From an uncultured Nitrospiraceae bacterium (GTDB lineage Bacteria; Nitrospirota; Nitrospiria; Nitrospirales; Nitrospiraceae), in assembly GCA_963846575.1 (NCBI GenBank), contig CAWJWJ010000002.1, positions 1,504,001 to 1,568,000 of the forward strand: 64,000 bases of DNA, in the 5' to 3' direction. This document shows positions 12,913 through 22,954 of this stretch, piece after piece; within the stretch, counting starts at the first letter, position 1; each line of letters starts with the position of its first letter. The translations under genes and the position numbers were made by a program. The notes under the pieces were generated by a model. It was given only the letters and a program-made list of their open reading frames with translations. It did no database searches and was not told the DNA's origin.

Positions 12913-13865
12913 TATCGGCCGGGGTGTAAAGGGTCGTCGCTTTCAAAGAAAAAATCGCCCAGGCCTTGCGGCAAAGCTTGATCGCCCAACGCGCGTTTCC
13001 GTCTCCGCGACTGGGTTGGCAGATCGAGCGCTTCCTCGCCCAGGACTTTGATGAGCGATTCCCGCCAGGCGGCATCGACGGATAGGGGGTCGGCTGGATC
13101 TTGCGCGCGGCGTTTCAAGGCGTATTGCAGCAGGTGAATACCGTCACGCACGGAGTAGTCGAGGCTGAGTTGGTGCGCTTCCTGCAGGAATTCGACCGTC
13201 ATGGCCAACATCTCCGCCGGGGCGAAGGGCAAATGGTAACGAAGAATCGCCAGTTCGTCCTCGCGAGCGGGGAAGCCCATGCCCAGCGTCGGCTGCAAAC
13301 GCGACAAGATGTAGTCTGGCACCTCATAGGTCGAGGCATCCTCGTTCATCGTGACGCAGCAACGAAAATCCGCATGGGCTCTGATCAGAATCCCCGCGAT
13401 GATGGATTCGACGCATCGCCGGTGATCCAGGAGAGAGGCCAGGGAGGCCCAACTTTTTTCGTTCATCCGGTTGCCCTCATCCAGGACACAGATGCTGCCT
13501 GTGAGGACTGCGGTGATGAGCGGTGAAGCGTGGTAACTAATGGTACCGGACTCCGCCAGCACCGGCGTAATCAGCAAATCCTCCGGACGGGTATCCGCCG
13601 TGCACTGAAAGACGTACAGGTTCTGCTTGCGCTCGCGTGCCCCCGCCATCGCCAGCGTGGTCTTGCCGATGCCCGGTTGTCCCGTGATGCGGGGTGAAAG
13701 GGGCAGGTCGCGTTCGTCGATGACCAGCCAGCAGGCCAGCAGTTGTTTGAGAATCTCCCGGTTTCCGATCCACTCCTGGCCCATAGTCATGGGCTGCGCC
13801 AGATGGAGAGTGATACCCTCAACGGTTACGGTTCGGGAAGCGGACGGCTGTGCGCTCAGTGACAT
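12912..13865 (-). CDS. MoxR-family AAA+ ATPase
   Basis: Walker A GQPGIGKT, Walker B VLDEGNR, H.DFR...TMN, sensor-2 SVRD. Confidence 0.88.
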   Translation of the reverse strand: MSLSAQPSASRTVTVEGITLHLAQPMTMGQEWIGNREILKQLLACWLVIDERDLPLSPRITGQPGIGKTTLAMAGARERKQNLYVFQCTADTRPEDLLITPVLAESGTISYHASPLITAVLTGSICVLDEGNRMNEKSWASLASLLDHRRCVESIIAGILIRAHADFRCCVTMNEDASTYEVPDYILSRLQPTLGMGFPAREDELAILRYHLPFAPAEMLAMTVEFLQEAHQLSLDYSVRDGIHLLQYALKRRAQDPADPLSVDAAWRESLIKVLGEEALDLPTQSRRRKRALGDQALPQGLGDFFFESDDPLHPGR

Positions 13866-13916
13866 GGTCTTTCTGCTTGCCGGTTGGATAGAATGAGGAG
13901 AACGAAATTTTCACCG

Positions 13917-13998
13917 ACCGTAGCATAGGGGTAGGGAGAGGGTCAAACGAAGTTCCGTCCCATTTCGCTTTGACTTTCGCTGCCTTGGCCCGTATTCT
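13917..13998. promoter_or_regulatory. Back-to-back sigma70-like promoters: minus TTGACC-18-TACGGT (13946-13917) and plus TTGACT-17-TATTCT (13970-13998)
   Basis: Near-consensus hexamers between divergent genes. Confidence 0.6.
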
Positions 13999-14107
13999 TA
14001 CTACTTTCTCAGGCCGCGAAGGCGAAGCGGATGAGTCACCACATCGTTGCCTTGATCGCATGCGCACGCGATTCCTGAAGAGGAGCGGCAACCAAGGAGC
14101 GACATTT

Positions 14108-14794
14108 ATGATGAGCGAGTATAACGGACGGGGCAGGTTGGCGGCAGGGATTCCCATCGGACTGCTCGTGCTGAGCAGCTTGACCCTGGGCGGCTGCGTC
14201 ATGTCGGAAAAATACGAAGCCGAGAAGGCGAGAAGCTTGAACTTCCAGCGTCTTCTGGCCCAGGAGGAGAAGAGGAGTTCAGAACTCGACAGCGAGGTGA
14301 AACGGACCAAGCGCGAATTGAGCGAATACGAGGCGCGTAATCGGGAACTCGGCGCTCAGGTCGAAGCCGTGCGTCAGCAGGCGGCTCAAATCCAGGAAGA
14401 GGCTCAGGCGATGAAGGAAGCCTCGTTGTTGGAAAAACGGGCGCACGAGGATATGAAGCGTTTGACCACGATCCCCTCTAAAGGGAAGAAGGTGGCACCG
14501 CCGGCGAGGAAGGATTTTTCAGCGGAGGTCGATGAAGCGTTGAAATCCGATCCATCTTCCGAGATGAAACTGGATGCGGTCAAGGATATGCCCGGCCAGG
14601 AGCGTTCGGCATTGGAAGCCTTCGGCGCCGATCCCTCCTCCGAGACCAGCAACACCCACACGGTGCGCTCCGGGGACACCCTGTACCACATCAGTCAGAA
14701 ATACCATGTGGGCCTCACTCAGCTGCGCAAGTGGAACCATTTGACGAACGACACGATCCAGGTGGGGCAGAAGTTGATTGTCAGCCAACCCTAG
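14108..14794 (+). CDS. LysM domain coiled-coil lipoprotein
   Basis: Lipobox LGGC, coiled coil, C-terminal HTVRSGDTLYHISQKY LysM; AAGGAG RBS. Confidence 0.85.
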   Translation: MMSEYNGRGRLAAGIPIGLLVLSSLTLGGCVMSEKYEAEKARSLNFQRLLAQEEKRSSELDSEVKRTKRELSEYEARNRELGAQVEAVRQQAAQIQEEAQAMKEASLLEKRAHEDMKRLTTIPSKGKKVAPPARKDFSAEVDEALKSDPSSEMKLDAVKDMPGQERSALEAFGADPSSETSNTHTVRSGDTLYHISQKYHVGLTQLRKWNHLTNDTIQVGQKLIVSQP

Positions 14795-14812
14795 CGGACC
14801 GTACGGAACAGG

Positions 14813-16309
14813 ATGAATAAGCCTCACTATTCACTGACACTCGATGAATTTCGCTCCCTGGCGACGGAAGGCAACCTCATTCCGTTGTACCGGGAAATTC
14901 TGGCGGACTACGAAACGCCGGTGTCGGCCTTTGCCAAGATCGATCACGGGCCGACGGCCTATCTCCTGGAGAGTGTCGAAGGTGGAGAGAACTGGGCGCG
15001 ATATTCCTTCCTGGGCAGCGGCGCTTCGGCAGTCCTTCACGAAGAAAAGGGAGACCTGCGGTTGATTCGCGGCAGAAAAAGCCGGTTGATTCCAAGCCGC
15101 GGTAATCCCCTGGAGCGGTTGCGCGAACTGATGGAGGAGTATCGACCGGTGACCGTGCCCGGGTTGCCCCGCTTTGTCGGGGGCGCGGTTGGCTATTTCA
15201 GCTACGATATGGTGCGGACGTTCGAGGAACTTCCCGTGCTGCGCAAGGACAGCCTCGGGATGCCGGACCTTGCATTTCTGCTGACCGACACCCTGCTCAT
15301 CTTCGACAATGTCGCCCAGAAGATCAAGGTGGTTGCCAACGCCCATGTAGAATCCACGAAGGAGCGGGACGTACGGGCCGCCTACCGGCATGCCACTGCT
15401 CGGATCGAAAAGATGATCGCTCGATTGAAGCGGCCGCTGCGGCAGCCTCGCCAGAAACGTCGTCGCAAACCGATCACCTTCACGCCGAACATGAACCGGG
15501 CCGATTTCGAGAAAATGGTCGTCCGGACGAAAGAGTATATTCGCGCGGGTGACATCGTGCAGGCCGTCCTTTCCCAACGGTGGGAAACGCAGATCCATAC
15601 CACGCCCTTTCAACTCTACCGCGCGTTGAGGGTGATCAATCCATCGCCCTACATGTATTACTTGCGAGTGGCCGGGGTAGAACTGGTCGGGTCGTCTCCG
15701 GAGACGTTGGTGCGCTGCGAGGACGGACACATCTCGTTGCGTCCCATCGCCGGCACGCGTCGTCGCGGCCAGACCGCGGAAGAGGACCAAGTCCTTGGAC
15801 GACAGCTCCTGGCCGATGAGAAGGAGCGGGCCGAACATGTCATGCTGGTCGACCTGGGGCGAAATGACGTGGGCCGGGTCGCCTCGCGGGGCTCGGTGAA
15901 GGTCGAATCCCTGATGCAAGTCGAACGGTACTCCCACGTCATGCATATCGTGTCGCAGGTCACCGGGGCGTTGGAGAAGAGCAGGTCGGTGTATGACGTC
16001 ATGCGGGCCTGTTTCCCCGCGGGCACCGTGTCCGGCGCTCCAAAAATTCGGGCCATGCAGATCATCGAAGAACTGGAACCGGCACGTCGCGGACCGTATG
16101 CGGGTGCAGTCGGTTACTTCGGCTTCTCCGGCAACATGGACCTCTGTATCAATATACGGACCGTCGTGATCAAGGGTCGACAGGCCTATATCCAGGCCGG
16201 GGCCGGAATCGTTGCCGATTCGATTCCCGAATACGAGTACGAAGAGACCTGCAACAAGGCTCGGGCCATGATGAAGGCGATCGAGCTCGCTGAGCAGGGA
16301 CTCGAATGA
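14813..16309 (+). CDS. trpE: Anthranilate synthase component I
   Basis: LLESVEGG, NPSPYMY, PIAGTRRRG, EHVMLVDLGRND, FPAGTVSGAPK. Confidence 0.96.
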   Translation: MNKPHYSLTLDEFRSLATEGNLIPLYREILADYETPVSAFAKIDHGPTAYLLESVEGGENWARYSFLGSGASAVLHEEKGDLRLIRGRKSRLIPSRGNPLERLRELMEEYRPVTVPGLPRFVGGAVGYFSYDMVRTFEELPVLRKDSLGMPDLAFLLTDTLLIFDNVAQKIKVVANAHVESTKERDVRAAYRHATARIEKMIARLKRPLRQPRQKRRRKPITFTPNMNRADFEKMVVRTKEYIRAGDIVQAVLSQRWETQIHTTPFQLYRALRVINPSPYMYYLRVAGVELVGSSPETLVRCEDGHISLRPIAGTRRRGQTAEEDQVLGRQLLADEKERAEHVMLVDLGRNDVGRVASRGSVKVESLMQVERYSHVMHIVSQVTGALEKSRSVYDVMRACFPAGTVSGAPKIRAMQIIEELEPARRGPYAGAVGYFGFSGNMDLCINIRTVVIKGRQAYIQAGAGIVADSIPEYEYEETCNKARAMMKAIELAEQGLE

Positions 16310-16329
16310 CACAGGACCGGACGGCAGAT

Positions 16330-16400
16330 AGCCGATAGCCTGGCGGAGGCCGAATGGACGTCCGTATAGTTCTCCGCATCCCGGCAGCCGGCCATCGGCT
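16330..16400. repeat. Intergenic inverted repeat (REP-like hairpin)
   Basis: AGCCGATAGCC / GGCCATCGGCT arms with inner GCGGAG/CTCCGC. Confidence 0.5.
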
Positions 16401-16413
16401 CTAGAGAGTCGCT

Positions 16414-16977
16414 ATGTTACTGATGATCGACAACTACGATTCATTCACCTACAACCTCGTCCAGTACTTCGGGGAGCTGGGTGAGGATGTGCGCGTCTAT
16501 CGCAACGATAAGATCTCACTAGCGGAGGTCGAAGCCCTGAAGCCGCGCCGGCTGGTCATCTCCCCCGGTCCCTGCACCCCCAAAGAAGCGGGGATTTCCG
16601 TGGAGGCGATCCGCTACTTCGGCGGGAAGTTGCCGCTCCTGGGGGTCTGTCTCGGTCACCAATCCCTCGCGGTTGCCTTCGGCGGTGAGGTGATCCGCGC
16701 CGAACGCCTCATGCACGGCAAGACCTCGATGGTTCGCCATGACGGCCGCACGATTTTCCGCAATTTACCCAACCCCTTCGAGGCGACCCGGTACCATTCG
16801 CTCATCGTGAACCGCAAGACATTGCCGGACTGTTTTCAGATCAGTGCCGAAACCGCCGAGGGCGAAATTATGGGCATGCGGCACAAAACGCTGGGCATTG
16901 AAGGTGTGCAATTTCATCCCGAGTCCATCCTCACCACTGCCGGCAAGGAGCTCCTGCGAAACTTCCTCAAGCTGTAG
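16414..16977 (+). CDS. trpG: Anthranilate synthase component II (glutamine amidotransferase)
   Basis: [24 protein letters not shown]. Confidence 0.95.
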   Translation: MLLMIDNYDSFTYNLVQYFGELGEDVRVYRNDKISLAEVEALKPRRLVISPGPCTPKEAGISVEAIRYFGGKLPLLGVCLGHQSLAVAFGGEVIRAERLMHGKTSMVRHDGRTIFRNLPNPFEATRYHSLIVNRKTLPDCFQISAETAEGEIMGMRHKTLGIEGVQFHPESILTTAGKELLRNFLKL

Positions 16978-17019
16978 CCGCAACCATCGGTCAGTTGACG
17001 CCAGCCACCGGTTCCCGGA

Positions 17020-18033
17020 ATGATCAAAGACGCGCTTCAAAAATTGGCCGAAGGAAACAGTCTTACGGAACTGGAAGCTGAAACTGTCATGGGTGAAATC
17101 ATGGACGGTGCGGCAAGTCCCGCGCAGATCGCGGGATACCTCATGGGCCTGAGAATGAAGGGCGAGACGGTGGATGAGATTGCAGGCTCTGTGCAGGCCA
17201 TGCGGACTCGAGCGAAGAAGATCCAGGTAGCCGACGCCCAGGTGGTGGATACCTGCGGGACCGGCGGTGATGGGGCGCACACGTTCAATATATCGACCAC
17301 CGCCGCGTTTGTGGTGGCGGGGTCCGGTCTGGCGGTGGCCAAACACGGCAATCGGTCAGTGTCCTCCAAGTGCGGCAGCGCTGATGTATTGGCGGCGCTC
17401 GGCGTACGGATCGAGCTTCCGCCTGAACGGGTCGCGGATTGCGTGAACGAAGTCGGCATCGGGTTTCTCTTCGCTCCGCTCTATCACAGTGCCATGAAGC
17501 ATTGCGCCTTGCCCAGACAGGAACTGGGAATTCGCACCCTCTTGAACATCCTCGGACCGTTGACGAATCCGGCGGGGGCGCGCTTGCAGGTCGTAGGGGT
17601 GTTTGCTGCGGGGTTGACAGAGTTACTAGCTCAAGTACTGCTGCGTCTGGGTGCGCAACATTGCTTCGTGGTGCACGGCATGGATGGACTGGACGAGATA
17701 ACCCTGACGGACCGAACCAGGATTTCGGAAGGAAAGGGAGGAGTCGTGTCGAGTTACGTGCTGGACCCGTCGGAGTTCGGCCTTCAGCGCGTGAATCCGA
17801 AGGAGTTTCTCGGCGGCAGCCCGGCAGACAATGCCCTCATGTTACGAGACATCCTTCGTGGGCGTAAGGGGCCGAAACGCGATCTCGTCTGCCTGAATGC
17901 CGCGCCGGCCCTGGTAGCGGGGCGGAAGGCGAAGACGTTGCAGGAAGGATTTCAATTGGCTCAGCGCACGATCGAGACAGGTGCAGCGATGGATAAACTG
18001 GATACGCTCATCGACTTCACAAAAAAGGTATGA
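17020..18033 (+). CDS. trpD: Anthranilate phosphoribosyltransferase
   Basis: DTCGTGGDG, KHGNRSVSSKCGSADVL. Confidence 0.97.
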   Translation: MIKDALQKLAEGNSLTELEAETVMGEIMDGAASPAQIAGYLMGLRMKGETVDEIAGSVQAMRTRAKKIQVADAQVVDTCGTGGDGAHTFNISTTAAFVVAGSGLAVAKHGNRSVSSKCGSADVLAALGVRIELPPERVADCVNEVGIGFLFAPLYHSAMKHCALPRQELGIRTLLNILGPLTNPAGARLQVVGVFAAGLTELLAQVLLRLGAQHCFVVHGMDGLDEITLTDRTRISEGKGGVVSSYVLDPSEFGLQRVNPKEFLGGSPADNALMLRDILRGRKGPKRDLVCLNAAPALVAGRKAKTLQEGFQLAQRTIETGAAMDKLDTLIDFTKKV

Positions 18034-18040
18034 CGTCGCC

Positions 18041-18865
18041 GTGATCCTAGATCAAATCCTCGCCCATAAAAAAGCCGAGCTGCGGCACAAGAACAGCCGC
18101 GGGTACCTGGCGGATCTGAAAACCAAAATTCGTGATGCCGGACCGACCTTGGGATTTGCCGTGGCTCTTGACGCCTGCCGCACGGCGACGAAGCCGTCCC
18201 TGATCGCCGAGGTCAAAAAGGCCTCACCCAGTCTTGGTCTCCTGCGTCCCGAATTCGCGCAACGCTTCGACCCTGTGGCCATTGCGGACGCGTACCGGGC
18301 ACATGGCGCTGCGGCCGTCTCGGTGCTGACGGATCAGGATTTCTTTCAGGGCAATCTGGACTATCTGGCCGATGTCAAACGGAAGGTGGGCCTGCCGTCG
18401 CTGAACAAGGAATTCATGGTCGCCGACGTCCAGTTTTATGAAGCGCGGGCCTATGGAGCCGATGCCGTGTTGCTCATTGTGGCCGGTCTCGAGCGACAAC
18501 AGCTCATCGACTTCTCGGCCCTCGCTCACGAGCTGTCGCTCGATGTGTTGGTGGAAACGCATCACGAACGTGAGCTGGACATTGTGCTGGAATGGATGCC
18601 CGGCGTGCGCATGATCGGCATCAACAATCGGGACCTGAAGACGTTTTCGACCGACCTGGGCGTCACGCTCCGGCTGGCTAAACGCATTCCCGGCGACCGG
18701 TTGATCGTCAGCGAGAGCGGCATTCACAAGCGGGAGGATGTCGTGCGGCTAGTTGAAGCCGGCGTCCATGCCATGTTGGTCGGGGAGTCGCTTATCAGAG
18801 CCCAGGACAGTGGCGCGAAAATTCGTGAACTCTTCGGGGAGACTACAGACAAGGAGCAGGCATGA
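18041..18865 (+). CDS. trpC: Indole-3-glycerol phosphate synthase
   Basis: IAEVKKASPS, GINNRDL, VSESGI; GTG start inferred. Confidence 0.96.
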   Translation: MILDQILAHKKAELRHKNSRGYLADLKTKIRDAGPTLGFAVALDACRTATKPSLIAEVKKASPSLGLLRPEFAQRFDPVAIADAYRAHGAAAVSVLTDQDFFQGNLDYLADVKRKVGLPSLNKEFMVADVQFYEARAYGADAVLLIVAGLERQQLIDFSALAHELSLDVLVETHHERELDIVLEWMPGVRMIGINNRDLKTFSTDLGVTLRLAKRIPGDRLIVSESGIHKREDVVRLVEAGVHAMLVGESLIRAQDSGAKIRELFGETTDKEQA

Positions 18866-19176
18866 CAAGTTGGTGTGCGTTCACAGTGGCGGCGCTCATG
18901 CTGATGATCGCGGGTTGCGTCAACCAGGAGATACATGAATATTCCCCGAAGTGGGATTCCTGGATGGGAAGCAGCAAGGACGATCGCATTAAGGACATGG
19001 GCATTCCTACCAAGTGCCATTCCTTCAAGGACGGCGGAGAAGTCTGCGAGTGGTCGGTCCCCCAACAGGACGGGCGGCAAGACCTGATCGGGCTGACCTT
19101 CAACGGCCGGGGACAGGCCTGTCAATGGTCCTATCGAGGATTTTACGGGATGCAGAAAAGTCAGAGCAGCTGCTGA
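18862..19176 (+). CDS. Hypothetical lipoprotein
   Basis: Lipobox IAGC, ATGA overlap with trpC, AAGGAG RBS. Confidence 0.75.
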   Translation: MTSWCAFTVAALMLMIAGCVNQEIHEYSPKWDSWMGSSKDDRIKDMGIPTKCHSFKDGGEVCEWSVPQQDGRQDLIGLTFNGRGQACQWSYRGFYGMQKSQSSC

Positions 19177-19178
19177 AC

Positions 19179-19811
19179 ATGCCCCTGAAGATCAAGATTT
19201 GCGGCCTGACGAATGCCGAGGATGCTGCGGCGGCGGTCGAAGCCGGCGCAGATGCGGTCGGGTTTGTTTTTCACCGGAAGAGCCCTCGTTGCGCGGACGC
19301 GGCGGTCGTGCGGGCCATCGTGCGGGCCCTGCCACCATTTGTGTTACCGGTGGGGGTTTTTGTCAACGAAGAGGCGACGGTGGTCCGGGACGTGATGGAC
19401 CGGTGCGGTCTGGCACTGGCGCAACTCCATGGCGATGAAACCGCGGAGTATTGTGAGGCGCTGTGCCGGCCGGCACTGAAAGCCATTCGCCTTAAAGATC
19501 GCCTCTCCTTTCTGGCATTGGCGGAGTTTCAAGGCCGGGCCGGCGTCCGGGGTTTTCTGCTGGATGCGTTTTCCCCCGATGCCTATGGAGGCACGGGGCA
19601 GACTGCCGATTGGTCGCTTGCTGCAGAGGCGGCCGCGTCCGCCACGATCCTATTGGCTGGCGGTCTCACCCCGGAGAACGTGAGACAAGCCATCACCAAG
19701 GTGCGCCCCTATGGCGTGGATGTGAGCAGCGGGGTCGAGGCAAGCCCCGGCAAGAAGAATCATGAGAAAGTCCGAGCCTTCGTAGAGGCGGTCAGACTTG
19801 TGTCATCATAG
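19179..19811 (+). CDS. trpF: Phosphoribosylanthranilate isomerase
   Basis: KICGLT, QLHGDE, LAGGLTPENV, DVSSGVE. Confidence 0.96.
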   Translation: MPLKIKICGLTNAEDAAAAVEAGADAVGFVFHRKSPRCADAAVVRAIVRALPPFVLPVGVFVNEEATVVRDVMDRCGLALAQLHGDETAEYCEALCRPALKAIRLKDRLSFLALAEFQGRAGVRGFLLDAFSPDAYGGTGQTADWSLAAEAAASATILLAGGLTPENVRQAITKVRPYGVDVSSGVEASPGKKNHEKVRAFVEAVRLVSS

Positions 19812-19857
19812 TTCAGCGTTTATACTTTCTTTTTTTATGAACAGCTGAGGAACTGAT

Positions 19858-21048
19858 ATGGCGATACCAGATCGACAGGGACGATTCGGATCCTACGGGG
19901 GACGCTATGTGCCTGAGACTCTCATGCCGGCTTTGCTGGAATTGGAACAAGTCTATCAAAAGACCCGCCGTGACAAGGGTTTCCAGGATGAACTCAAGCA
20001 TTACTTGAAGAACTATGTCGGGCGCCCGACTCCGCTTTATTTTGCGCAGCGTCTGACGAAGCGCCTGGGCGGCGCCAAGATTTACTTGAAGCGCGAAGAT
20101 CTCTGTCACACCGGCGCTCATAAGATCAACAATGCCATCGGGCAGGCGCTCCTCGCAAAACGGATGAAGAAGCCTCGACTCATCGCTGAAACCGGCGCGG
20201 GTCAGCATGGCGTCGCGACCGCAACCGTGGCGGCGATGTTCGGCCTCGAATGCGAGATCTACATGGGTACCGAAGACATGCAGCGGCAGGCATTGAATGT
20301 CTTCCGGATGCGCCTTCTTGGAGCGACGGTCACGGGCGTAGATGCCGGCAGCCGTACCCTCAAAGACGCAATCAGTGAGGCGATGCGTGACTGGACCACC
20401 AACGTGCGGACCACCCACTACGTGTTGGGATCCGTGCTTGGCGCGCATCCCTACCCGATGATGATCCGGGATTTTCAATCGGTGATCGGGCGCGAAGCCC
20501 GCAAGCAGATACTGGCCGCGGAAGGACGCCTTCCCGATGCTCTGGTCGCCTGCGTCGGCGGAGGGAGTAATGCGATCGGGCTGTTTCACGCATTTGTACC
20601 CGACAAGAAGGTGAAGATGGTCGGGGTAGAGGCGGGAGGACTCGGCATCGAGAGCGGAAAACATGCCGCCCGATTCGCGGGGGGCCGGCCTGGCGTCCTC
20701 CAAGGCACCATGACCTACCTGCTCCAGGATGACAACGGTCAGGTGAACCTGACCCATTCGGTTTCCGCAGGGCTGGATTATGCGGCGGTCGGGCCCGAAC
20801 ACAGCTACCATAAGGAGACGAACCGTGCCCAGTATACGTCGGTGACGGATGATGAGGCCTTAGAAGCCTTCGATCTGCTGGCACGGGAAGAGGGGATCAT
20901 GCCGGCACTGGAAAGTGCTCATGCCGTCGCGGAAGTCATCAGATCCGCTCCAAAGATGAAAAAGAGTCAGACCGTGATCGTCAATCTCTCGGGGCGCGGT
21001 GATAAGGACGTGCAACAGGTGGCCAGGATCAAGGGCGTAACGCTCTAG
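19858..21048 (+). CDS. trpB: Tryptophan synthase beta chain
   Basis: [12 protein letters not shown] lysine, [18 protein letters not shown]. Confidence 0.98.
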   Translation: MAIPDRQGRFGSYGGRYVPETLMPALLELEQVYQKTRRDKGFQDELKHYLKNYVGRPTPLYFAQRLTKRLGGAKIYLKREDLCHTGAHKINNAIGQALLAKRMKKPRLIAETGAGQHGVATATVAAMFGLECEIYMGTEDMQRQALNVFRMRLLGATVTGVDAGSRTLKDAISEAMRDWTTNVRTTHYVLGSVLGAHPYPMMIRDFQSVIGREARKQILAAEGRLPDALVACVGGGSNAIGLFHAFVPDKKVKMVGVEAGGLGIESGKHAARFAGGRPGVLQGTMTYLLQDDNGQVNLTHSVSAGLDYAAVGPEHSYHKETNRAQYTSVTDDEALEAFDLLAREEGIMPALESAHAVAEVIRSAPKMKKSQTVIVNLSGRGDKDVQQVARIKGVTL

Positions 21049-21116
21049 CGCAGAACCCACGGAATGACCACGATGAACCAGGCCACGAGCGGCATACTGG
21101 AGGAACCGGTAACAAG

Positions 21117-21917
21117 ATGAACCGTTTGGATGACAGGCTGACTCAACTGAAGGCGAAGGGCAAGAAGGCGCTCATTACTTACATCATGGCAGGGGATCCC
21201 TCCCTTCAGGACACGGAACAGCTTGTGCTGGAATTGGAGCGTGCCGGAGCCGACGCCATTGAACTGGGAGTGCCTTTTTCCGACCCGATTGCGGACGGGC
21301 CGGTGATTCAAAAGGCAGCCGAACGTGGTCTCCGAAGCGGCACTTCTCTCCGAATGATCCTGAATTCTGTCCGGCAGCTACGCGGAAAGACGCAGATTCC
21401 CATCGTGTTGATGGCCTATTACAATAGCGTTCGTGCGTTCGGGGAAGCGGAATTTTGTCGGGATGCCGTCGACGCCGGCATCGACGGATTGATCGTTCCC
21501 GATATGCCTCCGGATGAGGCGGGACCTCTGCGCGACCCGGCCAAGCGGGCCGGCCTTCATCTGATTTTCCTGCTGGCCCCCACCAGCACCGCAACCCGGC
21601 GCGCCTATGTGGCGAAGGAGTCCGGAGGATTTGTCTACTACGTTTCCATCACCGGCATTACCGGCGCCAAACTAAGCGACATCACGGGGGTGCGCGATAA
21701 CGTCGACAAAATCAGGCGTCATACGAAGACGCCCGTTGTCGTGGGGTTCGGCGTGGCCACGCCGGAGGACGCCGCTCGGGTGGCTGATGTTGCCGACGGG
21801 GTGATCGTGGGGAGCGCCATCGTGCATCGGATGGCCGCGCACGGACAGGATGGACGACTCATTCAAGAGGTGGGTGCGTTCGTGCGCTCTCTCAAGGCGG
21901 CTATGCAGCCGGTCTAA
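21117..21917 (+). CDS. trpA: Tryptophan synthase alpha chain
   Basis: ELGVPFSDPIADGPVIQ, GVIVGSAIV. Confidence 0.98.
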   Translation: MNRLDDRLTQLKAKGKKALITYIMAGDPSLQDTEQLVLELERAGADAIELGVPFSDPIADGPVIQKAAERGLRSGTSLRMILNSVRQLRGKTQIPIVLMAYYNSVRAFGEAEFCRDAVDAGIDGLIVPDMPPDEAGPLRDPAKRAGLHLIFLLAPTSTATRRAYVAKESGGFVYYVSITGITGAKLSDITGVRDNVDKIRRHTKTPVVVGFGVATPEDAARVADVADGVIVGSAIVHRMAAHGQDGRLIQEVGAFVRSLKAAMQPV

Positions 21918-22091
21918 CCTCAACAGGGACTTCGTTCTTCCCTGCTGTTCTTGTCTCGTTTCACCGATATCAGGAGCCTGCCAGCATTCTACTCCGGGCT
22001 CTGTGTCTCTGAAGAAATACGCCCAGGCAGCATTTCCGATTTCCATGCACAACACATCCGGGTGAAGCGCACCGCCCCTGGCCGCGAGGGA

Positions 22092-22268
22092 CGGATTCCG
22101 CTGCGACCCAGTTCGACCCGGGTCTAGCTGTGACTCACAACCATCATGGCTCGAAGAAGACGCGTCTTCGATCTCGCGACGGTGCGTGCGTTGGTTCGTG
22201 CTACAGCGTTCTGAAGGAGATGTCGTTGTGAGTCCCTGTCAGCCCGGGGGGGAGCAGGCACGAATCCG
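22092..22268. ncRNA. Candidate structured RNA or long imperfect inverted repeat (identity unknown)
   Basis: Nested complementary blocks CGGATTC/GAATCCG, CCCGGG/CCCGGG, GACTCACAAC/GTTGTGAGTC. Confidence 0.4.
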
Positions 22269-22301
22269 ACGGAAAGGAAAGGGTCAGGGAAGCAGGAATG
22301 G

Positions 22302-22907
22302 CTAGCGCTTGTCCGGCGGCATGTACTTGATCATGTCCGAGGCTAATTTCGTGGCCAGATCCCGCATATCCGGACGGATGAAAAGGTAACTTTCCTGCAC
22401 CTGGTGCCGCGCTTTCCAGACGATGGCACCATTCACGGCATCGACCAATCGCATGCTGAGTCCCACGCGGGCTATGTTGTCGCCCTCTTCCCTCGTATAT
22501 TCCCACGCATTCACCTTGACGACCAGGAGTGAGTCCGCTCCCAGCGCGTGGCCGATCCTGACTGCGGAAGCCTTGTCCGATTGACCGGTGGTTTCCATGC
22601 GGGAGAAGTACGTGACCAGGGCATCGAAGGCATCTTTGGTCGTTTGAAAGGTGTCCGTCACCTGGTCCGGCGGGACGACCTTTTCGACCCGTCGGCTCTT
22701 GATCAGTACTTTAGCGACCACTTCTTCAACATCCTCACGAGCGCTGTCATAGTTTCCTGAGATTGGAAGGATGGCCATGGTCTTGGGATAGAATCCCCGC
22801 GCGGCGGGACCCTCCCACATCTCCTGCAGGCCGCCACAGCCGGCCAGCAGTCCAAAAAGTAACAGGCTCACTATGATGCGCTTGAGGGGAATTATGCGAT
22901 AGGTCAT
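22302..22907 (-). CDS. Lipoprotein, DUF799/CsgG-LpoB-like fold
   Basis: Lipobox LAGC; LGADSLLVVKV and SMRLVDAVNGAIVWK pattern; start uncertain. Confidence 0.7.
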   Translation of the reverse strand: MTYRIIPLKRIIVSLLLFGLLAGCGGLQEMWEGPAARGFYPKTMAILPISGNYDSAREDVEEVVAKVLIKSRRVEKVVPPDQVTDTFQTTKDAFDALVTYFSRMETTGQSDKASAVRIGHALGADSLLVVKVNAWEYTREEGDNIARVGLSMRLVDAVNGAIVWKARHQVQESYLFIRPDMRDLATKLASDMIKYMPPDKR

Positions 22908-22954
22908 GTCGTGTAGATGCAGTGTGCCAAAGTCAATCAATGTCGAAAGAATAC

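Noticed and set aside
14831..16312. 493-aa antisense ORF, and similar long shadows over trpB, lysS and katE
   Set aside because: Mirror frames of well-conserved GC-rich genes; no motifs or RBS
22281..22296. GGTCAGGGAAGCAG resembling the SRP RNA core
   Set aside because: Lacks the central GNRA hairpin between TCAGG and AGCAG
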